NCBI GenBank assembly: GCA_049971805.1
Contig: JBMFKU010000003.1
Coordinates: 1 to 64,000, forward strand
Direction: 5' to 3'
Origin: Caldisphaera sp.
GTDB taxonomy: Archaea; Thermoproteota; Thermoprotei_A; Sulfolobales; Acidilobaceae
DNA length: 64,000 nt
The notes under the pieces were generated by a model. It was not told the origin of the DNA. It did no database searches and saw nothing but the letters and a program-made list of their open reading frames with translations. A program made the position numbers and the translations under genes. The number at the start of each line of letters is the position of its first letter. Position 1 is the first letter of the stretch. This document shows, piece by piece, positions 53,098-63,845 of the stretch.

Positions 53098-53166
53098 GCT
53101 TATCTGATTATTTTTAAAACAAACCTTAAAAGCATTACCCTGCCCCTAGAAGGGTGAAGCTTGTCA
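53098..53166 (-). repeat. IS200/IS605-like left-end repeat, copy B (element may extend to about 52989)
   Basis: Reverse complement tgacaagcttcaCCCTtctAGGGgcagggtaatgcttttaaggtttgttttaaaaataatcagataagc matches copies A and C. Confidence 0.75.
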
Positions 53167-53434
53167 TTTCTTAAGTCAAGCTTTTTATCATCTTTACCGT
53201 ATATATTTATTTTAATATCTAAAGATAAATAACATTATCATTTGTATAAAATGGTTAAACTTAATAATAATATAAACTAGCGGTTTATAATATGTGAACT
53301 ATAGGTGTTTATTCTAATATCAATTTACTCTAATTTTTAAATATATTTAAAATTATAACAAATCAATTTATATATAAATAATTTATACTTACATTTTAAT
53401 TTTGTGTTGCCTTGTTTTATTTTAGGGGATAAAG

Positions 53435-54616
53435 ATGACAATGAAAGAAAATGTTGCAAAAGGTACTATAATAATGATTGCAATAATTATTATTACGACT
53501 ACATTTGGGGTAAGAGCATCAAATAATATGATCGGCACAACCATACCTCTTTTAGCAAAAAAGTATTTTAATTATACTGGAACTGAAATTGGCTTATTGG
53601 CTACTACTTTTATGGGATCAACATTTATAATGAGTACTTTTATTAATGTTAGATTAAATAGCAAAAATAGGAGAAAATTATTTATTATATCAAGTATAAT
53701 TTATACTATTTTGTTTCCATTATTTTATTTAGCAAACCCGTTAACGATTTGGATTATAGCATCTGTTTCAGGTTTCACAATAGGAGCCTTAATGCCAAAT
53801 TTGATTACATCTGCAGGTCTATTTGATGATAAAAGATTAAGGGAACGCATGTTGGCTATTTATACTTTAGCATTAAGCACTTCACTTTTAATTGGTCCTG
53901 CCATTGATGGTTTAATATTAAAATATTACACTTTAAGGCAATCATTTTTATTTTTTACAATTATTGCAGCCTTAGTACCAATTTTATCTCCTTTTCTTAA
54001 ATTTCCAGGGGATGAAAAGGTTACTAAAGAAAACTTAAGCTTTAGTTATATATGGAAGAATAACGGGTTTAAAGTAGCATTTTTAAATAATTTAGCATAT
54101 CAAGTTCCATTTGCTTTTATTTTAACTTTTGATGGCTTATATGCTGAAGAAGAATTTCATGTAAATAATTCTATAGCAATATTGCTCTATTCAGTGTTTT
54201 TTGCTACATCATTTTTAGGAAGACTTTCTTTATCATTGAAACCTCCAACTAATATAAAAATTCTTATAGAAACATCAGTCTCTTTAAGTTTAATTGGATT
54301 ATTAGTTGCTTGGATAGCTCCAAATATTTATGTATTTATTATAGCATTATTAATACTTGGAATTCCTCACGGATTTACATATACACTAAGCGTTATAACA
54401 TTGTCTAGAACATTTCCTTATAATACTAGAAATGCAGCTAACAGTTACTTTTTCTCAACAATGACAGTTATAGGAGCTGTTTTACCAACAATTTTAGGTT
54501 ATATTGTAGACGTAGCAGGTTTTAAAATAAGCTTTTTGGTATTATTACCTATGGTTATAACAGTGTTTTACTTTACAGAAGTGTTTGCAAGAAAAACAAA
54601 AGAATTGCTATTATAA
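53435..54616 (+). CDS. MFS transporter
   Basis: 12 TM in 393 aa; RERMLAIYT, RNAANSYF. Confidence 0.85.
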   Translation: MTMKENVAKGTIIMIAIIIITTTFGVRASNNMIGTTIPLLAKKYFNYTGTEIGLLATTFMGSTFIMSTFINVRLNSKNRRKLFIISSIIYTILFPLFYLANPLTIWIIASVSGFTIGALMPNLITSAGLFDDKRLRERMLAIYTLALSTSLLIGPAIDGLILKYYTLRQSFLFFTIIAALVPILSPFLKFPGDEKVTKENLSFSYIWKNNGFKVAFLNNLAYQVPFAFILTFDGLYAEEEFHVNNSIAILLYSVFFATSFLGRLSLSLKPPTNIKILIETSVSLSLIGLLVAWIAPNIYVFIIALLILGIPHGFTYTLSVITLSRTFPYNTRNAANSYFFSTMTVIGAVLPTILGYIVDVAGFKISFLVLLPMVITVFYFTEVFARKTKELLL

Positions 54617-54919
54617 TTGATTACAAAAATGATAAAGTAAAGATAAATCTATCCTTCAGTATAGGAAAAGAGATTAGTATGAATTTCTCTTAAAGCAAGA
54701 TGATTATCCTAATTTAAGAAATTAGATTGAACAAAAAACTGATAGAGCTTTAATCCAATCATGAGAAATCTAGTGATATAAATGATAAATAATATGCTTT
54801 TGTAAAATGTAAAAGTATTCATATATAGGCAACAAACTTTTCTCTCTATAGTAGATTAATTCAGATATTTACTCTAATCTATACATTTAAATTTAAAAAT
54901 ATAAATATTAAAGAATTAG

Positions 54920-56785
54920 TTAATAAATAAATTCTGAAAGTCCTAGTTTTTCAAGTATTTCTTTTGTGGGTACTCCATTATCCCAATTTCTAATCTTGTA
55001 GTATTGAGGTAGGTAAAAGTCTAACCATTCTTTACCTGTATGACCTTTAGCTGGTCCATCTGGTAAGGGATCTTCTAAAATTCTATTAGGCAAAGTATCG
55101 ATATAATTACCTTCTCTTATATCGAATAATCTTTCGGCATTGTAGATTCTTTCTCCCGTTACCATTAACTCTTCAGATGTTATATTATTCCAACCAGTAA
55201 CAGCCTTTATTACTTCAATATAATCATCTGGACCTGTACTAAACATATTAAATTTGCATATAACCAAGGAATCAACCACGCTAAACCAATCTTGCTGATC
55301 TTTAATCCCTTTGACCTTTTTGATATCTTTGGCTAATGGATCCCATTTTTCTGGGGCACCTATCATATCAAAGGCAACACTATACGATCTAAGATGGCAT
55401 CCTCCTCTATTAGATGTTGCATAACTTAAAGCCATACTATTTAGTGCTCTTGGATCATAAGCAGGTAGTTCTAGCCCTTTTACATGAATTGCTACATCTG
55501 GTGCTCCAAAATGTTCAGCAAGATTTTTTGCACCATCAGCTATAAGGTCTCCTATTTTGTTTCTAAAGGCAGCTTCGTAGATTAACTGTATGACCGCATC
55601 TTTATTTCCCCATGTTGGTTCAATTCCGCTCATATTTAGTAGATCAAGCAATTCCTTTGCCTTATCCTCTGGTAGCTTCCCATTTTTAGCCATTTCATAT
55701 AGCTCCATTAATGTGGAAATCGTATTACCAAGGCTTATTGTATCGAAACCCATATCATTTTCTAAATAGTTCATCTTTATTATAGAGCTTATATCATCAA
55801 TTAAAATATTTGCTCCATGAGCCCATGTGCTTTCGTATTCTGGTCCTTCAGATATAGGAGTTTTATATGGTCCTGATGAAACCTCAGAAACTCTACTACA
55901 TTGTATTGTACATCCCCAGCACCCTTTTTTTGCCTTTAAATAGGTATCAGCTAAATATTCTCCACTTATATTAAAAGCCTTATCATAAATTCCATTAGTC
56001 CAATTTTTAGTGGGCAACCCTCCTAAAGAATTGGTCATATTCATTAGCACCAATGTTCCTAGTTGATTTAAAGCTTGAGATACTGGATTTTCCATAATTT
56101 TATCAGTCAGCTTTTTTGCTTCGCTAATAAATTTCTTTGAATCAAACATCTCTTTTAAAAGATTCCTTCTACCATAGACCCAAATTGCTTTCAGTTTTTT
56201 GCTTCCTAATACTGCTGCTAATCCTGTTCTTGCGGCTGCCCTATATCTATCGTTTATTATAGCTGCTATTTTTGATTTATTTTCGCCTGCAGGTCCAATT
56301 GATAATAAGCTTCCAATAGCTTCATTACTCATGTTTACTTTTTCTCTTATTAGTTTTTCAGTATAATATACTTCTTTTCCCCACAAATTAGTTGCATCAT
56401 TAAATTTAATATCGCCATCAGAAATGCTAAGCCATAATGGATATTCACTTTTTCCTTCAATTATTATCCCATCAAAGCCTGAAAATCTTAACCAAGGTCC
56501 AAAGTTCCCACCACTATTAGAATCACCTAAAAAACCAGTTAATGGACTTTTACTAACTACATGATATCTACCTGTTTGGAAAGCACCCGTTCCAGTTAAT
56601 GGACCAGCAATGATATATATTTTGTTTAATTCGCCAAGTGGATCTATACCCTTAGGAATTTCTTTTAAAGCAAAATAAGTTCCCAAGCCCCTACCACCAA
56701 TGTATTTTCTTAAAGTTTTTTCATCAACTTTCTCTTCTTTCCATTTATTATCTGAAAGATTGATTCTGGCTAATCTGAAATGCAC
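54920..56785 (-). CDS. aor: Tungsten aldehyde:ferredoxin oxidoreductase family
   Basis: YIGGRGLG, SKSPLTG, IGPAGEN, CWGCTIQC, EGPEYES, GLELPAYDPR, SNRGGCH. Confidence 0.92.
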   Translation of the reverse strand: MHFRLARINLSDNKWKEEKVDEKTLRKYIGGRGLGTYFALKEIPKGIDPLGELNKIYIIAGPLTGTGAFQTGRYHVVSKSPLTGFLGDSNSGGNFGPWLRFSGFDGIIIEGKSEYPLWLSISDGDIKFNDATNLWGKEVYYTEKLIREKVNMSNEAIGSLLSIGPAGENKSKIAAIINDRYRAAARTGLAAVLGSKKLKAIWVYGRRNLLKEMFDSKKFISEAKKLTDKIMENPVSQALNQLGTLVLMNMTNSLGGLPTKNWTNGIYDKAFNISGEYLADTYLKAKKGCWGCTIQCSRVSEVSSGPYKTPISEGPEYESTWAHGANILIDDISSIIKMNYLENDMGFDTISLGNTISTLMELYEMAKNGKLPEDKAKELLDLLNMSGIEPTWGNKDAVIQLIYEAAFRNKIGDLIADGAKNLAEHFGAPDVAIHVKGLELPAYDPRALNSMALSYATSNRGGCHLRSYSVAFDMIGAPEKWDPLAKDIKKVKGIKDQQDWFSVVDSLVICKFNMFSTGPDDYIEVIKAVTGWNNITSEELMVTGERIYNAERLFDIREGNYIDTLPNRILEDPLPDGPAKGHTGKEWLDFYLPQYYKIRNWDNGVPTKEILEKLGLSEFIY

Positions 56786-56983
56786 AAATACCCACCAATG
56801 TATTATATATAGTATTCACAAACTAAATATATTTATGACATGTAAATTTTAATATATTTTATCCTGTTTATATTTATCTATTTTAAATTTTTTATTTAAT
56901 AGATACTTTTTTTAAATTTGCACCTAACAAATAAGAGGAAAAATTTATTACTACTGTGAGTAGTAAAATCAATTGGTGAGAAT

Positions 56984-58279
56984 TTGTCCAATGTACTAGA
57001 AAAAATTGATAAGGCAAAATGGAACTTAACTTTAACATTAGCTTTTGTATCAATAGCTATTGGTTTTTTGATGTGGGGAATAATAACTACAATAGGTATT
57101 TTAGTATACCCTCAGTACCATAATGTATTTTATTTAATCTTTATTTCTGCAATGCCATTGTTAGGAGATCTTTTACTCCCAAGATTATCCGACATATCAT
57201 TAGGTAGAAAAACAACATTTTTTATAACTATGTTTTTGTATTCTCTCGGATCAATAATCTTCATAATAAATGCAAAATTTTTTTCATCTAATATTTATAT
57301 AATGTTGCTTGCATATACCTTAGCTGTAATTGGAGTAGAAGGAGAAGTTCCTGTTGCTCTATCATTAATAGCAGAACTGTTTCCATTGAAATACAGAGAA
57401 AAGATGTTGATAATAATACCAAACTTTGATAATTTAGGTGCAGCTATAGCATCATTTATAGCTTTCTTGACATATTCAATATCATCGTCATTTACTATAG
57501 AGGAAATTTCTATGGGAATTATTGCGCTTATTGGTACAGCTTTTGCAATAGTTGTAAGATTATCGCTACCTGAATCTATAAGATGGTTAGTAGCCAAGGG
57601 TGATTTAAAAAAAGCAAACCAAGAAGCAGGAAAAATATCTCAACAAACCGAAGATGTACAGGCATATGATATTAATAGATTTGTAAGCCTTAAATGGAGA
57701 TATACATTTCTTGTTTTAATAGGTATTTCTCAATATTTAACATACGGATTAATGGCATACATTATTGCTGATTATTACTTTACAGGATTAGCATTAACTT
57801 TAGTTGTATTATATGCTAATTTAGGTGCATCAATTGCAGGCATTATAGCTATGATATTAGTTGACAGATTAGGTACAAGAAACTTTGCAACTTTTTCATA
57901 TCTAGGTGGGTTTTTGACTATGATACCCATAATAATTTATGTTATGTTTTATTCAAGATATATACCAATATTTTATGTGTTGTTATTTTTTAATATGATG
58001 TTCAGCGAATTTGGTTGGGCAGTAAGAACTGTTTATGAGCCTACTATTATGCCGACAAAAAGTAGAGCATTTTTAGTAGGTTTGGTTAGATTTCCAATTA
58101 TAGCAATTTATACTGCCTCAATATACCTAACAAGTTCATTTGCAGAGATACAATTTTTAATTTATAATGCAGTTTTATGGTTAGTTGGGGCGATGGCTTC
58201 AATAGGCTGGCATATAAAAGGTTATGATATAAATAGATTACCTCTAGAAAAGGCCTCTGGAGAGTATAAAAAAATTTAA
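56984..58279 (+). CDS. MFS transporter (sugar/aromatic acid-like)
   Basis: RLSDISLGRK, AELFP..YR, LPESIRWL, VDRLGTR. Confidence 0.88.
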   Translation: MSNVLEKIDKAKWNLTLTLAFVSIAIGFLMWGIITTIGILVYPQYHNVFYLIFISAMPLLGDLLLPRLSDISLGRKTTFFITMFLYSLGSIIFIINAKFFSSNIYIMLLAYTLAVIGVEGEVPVALSLIAELFPLKYREKMLIIIPNFDNLGAAIASFIAFLTYSISSSFTIEEISMGIIALIGTAFAIVVRLSLPESIRWLVAKGDLKKANQEAGKISQQTEDVQAYDINRFVSLKWRYTFLVLIGISQYLTYGLMAYIIADYYFTGLALTLVVLYANLGASIAGIIAMILVDRLGTRNFATFSYLGGFLTMIPIIIYVMFYSRYIPIFYVLLFFNMMFSEFGWAVRTVYEPTIMPTKSRAFLVGLVRFPIIAIYTASIYLTSSFAEIQFLIYNAVLWLVGAMASIGWHIKGYDINRLPLEKASGEYKKI

Positions 58280-58301
58280 TAAAATATCTTGATGTTGAAA
58301 C

Positions 58302-59036
58302 TTATTTTTCTAGTTTATTTGTCTTCATAATCTGATTAATGTTATCTACAATTTTTATTATGTCATCAATAACGGCATCGATCCATTGTTTTCCTTTTAA
58401 TGGGTCTCCTTTAGTTCCTCCTCCCAATACTGCATTCGGATAAAGATAGTGCTCAATAATGGGAGATTGGACAGAAACTTTTGGTAATAAATTTGGATTA
58501 TAGTCTGTGGCATATTTCATGTCAACATGATTTCCATCGATAAATAGCATTGCACTAGTTTCATCATCTCCTGCATGTCCTGGCATAGAGAATAACTTTT
58601 GCCTAGCCTCTTTGCCTACATCCCTCCACCAATCAATTATTACATATGTTGAATTCATTTCATAGGCCGCTTCTTTTGCTGAAATATTTATTAATGAGGT
58701 ATTGCCACCATGACCATTAATAATTAATATCAATTGATAACCATTTCTAGCTATCTCTTTAAGTAAACTTTTTACATACCCTTTAAATGCATCATCTTCA
58801 ATATTTATTGTTCCTGGAAATCTCGATAAACCCATTGAAGAACCGTACCAAATCGGAGGAAAAATGTGTCCATTAAGCTTTTCTGCAACCTTTTCAGCAA
58901 TAAACTGAGCTTCTATAGTGTCTGTACCTAAAGGTAAGTGATTTCCATGTCTTTCTAGAGAACCTATAGGTAAAATAGCTAATATTTTATTTTCCTTATC
59001 GAATTTTGCTCCATTTAATTCCCATATATATTCCAC
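58302..59036 (-). CDS. Creatininase family amidohydrolase
   Basis: PIGSLERHGNHLPLGTD, INGHGGN, GHAGDDETS. Confidence 0.9.
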   Translation of the reverse strand: MEYIWELNGAKFDKENKILAILPIGSLERHGNHLPLGTDTIEAQFIAEKVAEKLNGHIFPPIWYGSSMGLSRFPGTINIEDDAFKGYVKSLLKEIARNGYQLILIINGHGGNTSLINISAKEAAYEMNSTYVIIDWWRDVGKEARQKLFSMPGHAGDDETSAMLFIDGNHVDMKYATDYNPNLLPKVSVQSPIIEHYLYPNAVLGGGTKGDPLKGKQWIDAVIDDIIKIVDNINQIMKTNKLEK

Positions 59037-59090
59037 TATTTGTCACCTATTAAATAAGCTAAGACCAAGATTAAAAATAAATTGTTGATA

Positions 59091-59384
59091 AAAATAAACG
59101 CAAACCTCTTCATTTAAGGTGAGGTAATGCCTTTAAGGTTTCTTTTTAAATAATTAGATAAGCAATAGCCATCAAATGAGGTATGCCCCACTGAAAAGTG
59201 ATATGAGGTAGACCTCTGCCTTGTTACCAAATTAAAGAAAAAGGTGGGTGAGATTTTCCCTTAGGTCAAAATAAAGATGAAGAGTGGGAAACGAATTTAC
59301 TTCCACATAGGGAGGAATCAGAGTAGCTCCTATAGATAACCCTTAAGACCTCAGGAACAAGCCCTTCAGTGTGGGAGAGGTCAG
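59091..59384 (+). mobile_element. Non-autonomous IS200/IS605-derived element (PATE/SMN-like MITE) with both ends; left-end copy C
   Basis: Left end matches copies A and B; right end ggaacaagCCCTTCAGTGTGGGagaggTCAG resembles the Sulfolobales IS605-type right end (CCCTTYAGGGCGGGGAGGARGTCAG); no ORF of 60 aa or more inside. Confidence 0.7.
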
Positions 59385-59629
59385 CGATGATCTCATATAA
59401 GAAGGTAGAAAATAAAATTACATCTATAATAAACAAAAAGCATGCCTTTACTAATTAACTTAATTGGAATAACATGAATAGCTTAGTTTACTCTTAATAA
59501 AATAAGAATCTGCTTTTAATATAATCAAAAACAATTTTTTAAATTTTTATTAAAATAGTATATTTTAATTAAAGATTTGTAGTTTAAGTTTTAAGCACGC
59601 GATTTAACAAAAGAAAAGGGGGGAAGAAA

Positions 59630-59899
59630 ATGTCGGTTCAGGCTAATACTGAAGAAAAATTAAAATTGGCAGTAGGAATTCTTACAGGAATAGTAAATGA
59701 TACAGCAGTTCCTAGAAATATAAGAAGAGCTGCAGCAAACGCATTAACCTATTTAAGAGACCCCAAGTTATCCCCAGGAGTTAAGGCTGCAAATGCGGTT
59801 TCTGCATTAGATGAGATTAGTCAAGATCCTAATATGCCATTTCATGCTAGGACTAGAATTTGGCAAGTATTAACAATGCTAGAAACAATAAGAGATTAG
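59630..59899 (+). CDS. UPF0147 family protein
   Basis: DTAVPRNIRRAA...LDEISQDPNMPFHARTRIW. Confidence 0.92.
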   Translation: MSVQANTEEKLKLAVGILTGIVNDTAVPRNIRRAAANALTYLRDPKLSPGVKAANAVSALDEISQDPNMPFHARTRIWQVLTMLETIRD

Positions 59900-59998
59900 T
59901 CATATGGTCTTAATATTTACTAAAGTGTGATACTTTCAATAGGAAAGAAAGTTTATTAAATTTCAGTAACAAAATATTTTAAATTTATTTACCAGGAT

Positions 59999-60658
59999 TT
60001 AGAAACCAATGTTAAATATTTTCTCCATTATTGATCGAGCCCTAATTATATCGTCATCTTTTGGATATGAAAAGGTAATTGGATCATCAGAAAATTTTAA
60101 TTCTATATTTAAATTCTTCCAATATTTTCTTACATATAGGTTAATGGAATTTGATGAACCATAGATTAATGGGGGTACATATATGTTTGACATATTAAAT
60201 GAATAGATAGATAAAGGATCTGTAAATAGATTTAATGTTGCAACTAATTTTGGTTTTATTTTTTTTATTAAATCTTTTAGCTGTTGTAAGGGATCAAGTT
60301 TGAAACTGGAGTGTATATCTATTAGGTACCACGTATACTCTAAATTACCATCTATATCTTTTACCAAACATCTTGAATTTTTATTATTAATAATTACATT
60401 TCCTATAACCTTAAACGTATTCGGTTCTAAGACTCTAGCCATTATTTCAGAAGAATGGTTTATTTTTATATTATGGTTTATAATTAATAATTTTTGTTTA
60501 ACCTTGCTCAAATAAAGCATAGGCCAATCATTCTCAATGGCTATGTATAGAGGATTTCCTTTGAAGTAGTAGAATATTTTAGCTGAAGTTCTATCAGTTA
60601 ATAACTTATATTTATTATCTTTTAACCAATTTTCCATAGGGATTGCGTAACTTTGCAC
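59999..60658 (-). CDS. Hypothetical protein
   Basis: 219-aa ORF; no recognised motif. Confidence 0.55.
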   Translation of the reverse strand: MQSYAIPMENWLKDNKYKLLTDRTSAKIFYYFKGNPLYIAIENDWPMLYLSKVKQKLLIINHNIKINHSSEIMARVLEPNTFKVIGNVIINNKNSRCLVKDIDGNLEYTWYLIDIHSSFKLDPLQQLKDLIKKIKPKLVATLNLFTDPLSIYSFNMSNIYVPPLIYGSSNSINLYVRKYWKNLNIELKFSDDPITFSYPKDDDIIRARSIMEKIFNIGF

Positions 60659-60748
60659 TTTAATTTCATCTCAATTAGATTTTATTGTATATGAATATTT
60701 ATATCAGTATAGGGAATATATTTATATTGAGTGGGGGGATGCATTGCT

Positions 60749-62416
60749 GTGTCCATAGAAGAAAAAGTTCTTGAAAGACCTGGTTACGATGTAACTATAA
60801 AATATGTATATAATAGGATGTACAATTTGTTTCCTGATGTTGAAATTGCATATAAAACAAACAAGGGAGTTTTTAGGTATTCATATAAAGATTTTTGCGA
60901 TAGAGTTCAATACCTTGCAAATGCTATGAAATCGTTGGGAGTTAACGATTTAGACAGGATAGCAACATTAGACTGGAACACAAACTGGCATTTCGAATCT
61001 TATTTTGCAATACCAATGATGGGTTCTGTTCTTCACCCAGTTAATGTAAGGCTATCTCCAAACGAGATAATTTATGTATTTAATTCTGCAGAGGACAAGA
61101 TATTAATAACACATAACGATTTTTTACAGCTTGCAGATCTTGTTGCAAGCAAGATAAAAACAATTAAGCATGTAGTTATTGTAGATTCAGATTCAATACC
61201 TCAAAAGGTTGGTGAGGCAAAGGCATATCATTATGAAGACTTAATAAAAGAAAATAAGGGTAAATATGACTTCCCTGACATCAGCGAAGACAGGCCTGCA
61301 TTTATGGGGTTTACTAGCGGAACAACTGGTCTACCAAAGGGTGTGATTCACAGCCATAAGGCAATGGTATTGCATGCAATGTCATCCGCATTACATTTTG
61401 CATCGTTCGGGGAATTAAGGATGACATCAAAGGATGTAGTCATGCATGTTGTTCCTATGTATCATGTTTACAGCTGGGGCTTACCATTTACTTCATCCTT
61501 GATAGGCCAGAAACAAGTTTATCCGGGAAGGTTTGTACCAAAGGTATATCTGGAATTGATTAAAAACGAGAAAGTTACGTACTTTGCTGGTGTACCAACA
61601 ATATTGTACATGCTATTAACAGACCCAGAAAGCGAAAAATATGATTTAAATGATATATTGTTTATTAACGGAGGTTCATCAATTCCTGAGGGGTTAGCCT
61701 ATATAGCAATGAAGAGGGGAATAAAGGTTGTAGTAGGTTATGGGTTAACAGAAACAGCGCCTGTATTAACTCTTGCAGTTCCTCCAAGCAGATTTTATAA
61801 TAAGTTAAATTATCAAGATTTATTTAAAATTCAATTAAGGACTGGATACCCAATTCCTTTGGTTGATTTACAAGTTGTGGATTCAAGCATGAAACCAGTT
61901 CCTAAGGATGGAAAAACCATTGGAGAGATAGTTGTAAGATCACCATGGGTTGCAACTGAGTATTTCAAGGACCCTGAAAAAACAGAGAGGGCTTGGGCAG
62001 GAAATTGGTTCCATACTGGAGATCTAGCAGTATGGTATGAAGATGGTTCTATTCTAATTATGGATAGAGACAAAGATGTAATAAAGAGCGGAGGTGAATG
62101 GATATCTTCATTAAGGCTTGAAGATGCAATAAGTCAACATCCAGGGGTTTCGTTGGTTGCAGTTATAGCCGCAAAGCATGAAAAATGGGTAGAAAGGCCA
62201 GTTGCATTAATAGTTCCAAAGAAGGGTTGGGAGAATAAGATTAACACAGAAGAAATAAACAATTTTTTAATGGAAAATTTTGTTAATAAAGGTGTCATAT
62301 CTAAGTGGTGGTTGCCTGATAAAGTAGTGGTTGTTAATGAAATACCGTTATCTTCAACTGGTAAGGCTAACAAAAGGATATTAAGAGAGCAATATGGAAC
62401 AGTATTGGAAAAGTGA
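60749..62416 (+). CDS. Medium/long-chain fatty acid-CoA ligase (AlkK/DmdB-like)
   Basis: FTSGTTGLPKG, VPMYHV, GYGLTET, DRDKDVIKSGGEWISS; start GTG 60749 or 60731. Confidence 0.9.
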   Translation: MSIEEKVLERPGYDVTIKYVYNRMYNLFPDVEIAYKTNKGVFRYSYKDFCDRVQYLANAMKSLGVNDLDRIATLDWNTNWHFESYFAIPMMGSVLHPVNVRLSPNEIIYVFNSAEDKILITHNDFLQLADLVASKIKTIKHVVIVDSDSIPQKVGEAKAYHYEDLIKENKGKYDFPDISEDRPAFMGFTSGTTGLPKGVIHSHKAMVLHAMSSALHFASFGELRMTSKDVVMHVVPMYHVYSWGLPFTSSLIGQKQVYPGRFVPKVYLELIKNEKVTYFAGVPTILYMLLTDPESEKYDLNDILFINGGSSIPEGLAYIAMKRGIKVVVGYGLTETAPVLTLAVPPSRFYNKLNYQDLFKIQLRTGYPIPLVDLQVVDSSMKPVPKDGKTIGEIVVRSPWVATEYFKDPEKTERAWAGNWFHTGDLAVWYEDGSILIMDRDKDVIKSGGEWISSLRLEDAISQHPGVSLVAVIAAKHEKWVERPVALIVPKKGWENKINTEEINNFLMENFVNKGVISKWWLPDKVVVVNEIPLSSTGKANKRILREQYGTVLEK

Positions 62417-62472
62417 AATTTACAAAATTGTAAACATATATACCTTTTTTTGCATAATAATAAGTATGTAAG

Positions 62473-63834
62473 GTGGAAAATTTGTCAGAAGCTGAATCTG
62501 CAACAATAGAATGGTATAAGTTAAGTGTCGAGTTACATAAATATTATTCTGGCAAGATGGAAACAATACCTAAGGTGCCAATTAGAAGATTAAAGGATTT
62601 TGCTATTTGGTATACACCAGGAGTTGCAGAAGCTTCTCGTTTAATATCTAAAAATACAGATTTAGCTTTTGATTTAACATCCCGGTGGAATACAATAGCA
62701 ATTGTTAGCGATGGTACAAGGGTTTTAGGGTTGGGAAACATTGGTCCTGAAGGAGCTTATCCTGTTATGGAAGGAAAGGCATTAATTTTCAAGTATTTAG
62801 GTGGTGTTGATGCAATAGCATTAGTTCATAGGGCAAAGGATCCAAATAGATTTTTGCAACTATTGGAAGATATTGAACCAAGCTTTGGAGGTATCAATTT
62901 GGAAGATATAGAAAGTCCTAAGTGTTTTTATATATTAGATGAAGCAAGAAAAAAATTAAAGATACCTGTATGGCATGATGATCAACAAGGGACAGCAACT
63001 ATAATTTTAGCTGCTTTAATAAATGCCTTAAAAACAGTTAATAAAAGCATTAAAGGAAGCAGAATACTTATAATGGGTGCCGGTGCAGCAAATACAGCTT
63101 TTTATAGGTTATTAAAAAATGTAAAGCCTGACCTAGAAAATATAGTTGTATTAGAGAAAAAAGGTATTTTGCATCCAGAAATGCCAGATATTGATAAATT
63201 AATGATAAGCAATAGATATCAATATCAAATGGCTATAGAAACCAAAGGTGGTGGATTACAGCCAAATTCTCCCATAGAAAAGGCATTTGAAAATGCAGAT
63301 GTGGTTATTGCAGCAAGTTCTCCCGGACCCGGTACGATAAAAAAGGAATGGATTTCCAAGATGAATAAAGATGCAATAGTGTTTGCTTTAGCTAATCCAA
63401 TACCAGAGATTTGGCCTTGGGAAGCTAAAGAGGCTAATGCCAAAATAGTTGCAACAGGAAGGAGTGATTTTCCAAATCAAGTTAACAATAGTTTAGTATT
63501 TCCTGCAATATTTAGAGGTGTTTTAGATGTTAGAGCAAAGACAATAACTGATGAAATGGCAATAGCAGCAGCATATGAAATTGCAAAATTTGCTGAGGAA
63601 AAAGGATTGAATGAGAACTACATCGTTCCAACAATGGAAGAGTGGGAGATATATCCGAGAGTTGCTGCAGCAGTTGCTATAAAAGCAATAGAGCAAGGAC
63701 ATGCAAGAAAGGCAATTACTTATAAAGAAGAACTAGATAGAGCAAGAAAAATTATTAGCCAAACTAGGGAGAAAATAAGCTTATTATGGGATAGAGGGTA
63801 TATACCTCAACCAATAAAAGATTACAAGGTATAA
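62473..63834 (+). CDS. NAD(P)-dependent malic enzyme
   Basis: YTPGVA, DGTRVLGLG, PVMEGK, INLEDI, HDDQQGT, GAGAA, ATGRSDFPNQVNN. Confidence 0.93.
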   Translation: MENLSEAESATIEWYKLSVELHKYYSGKMETIPKVPIRRLKDFAIWYTPGVAEASRLISKNTDLAFDLTSRWNTIAIVSDGTRVLGLGNIGPEGAYPVMEGKALIFKYLGGVDAIALVHRAKDPNRFLQLLEDIEPSFGGINLEDIESPKCFYILDEARKKLKIPVWHDDQQGTATIILAALINALKTVNKSIKGSRILIMGAGAANTAFYRLLKNVKPDLENIVVLEKKGILHPEMPDIDKLMISNRYQYQMAIETKGGGLQPNSPIEKAFENADVVIAASSPGPGTIKKEWISKMNKDAIVFALANPIPEIWPWEAKEANAKIVATGRSDFPNQVNNSLVFPAIFRGVLDVRAKTITDEMAIAAAYEIAKFAEEKGLNENYIVPTMEEWEIYPRVAAAVAIKAIEQGHARKAITYKEELDRARKIISQTREKISLLWDRGYIPQPIKDYKV

Positions 63835-63845
63835 GGTGTTTATGT

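Noticed and set aside
1146-63443. Many short ORFs antisense to or nested in real genes (e.g. 1594-1872, 12303-12617, 35402-35758, 46963-47283, 57295-57597)
   Set aside because: They are shadow frames of well-supported genes, with no motifs or clear SD.
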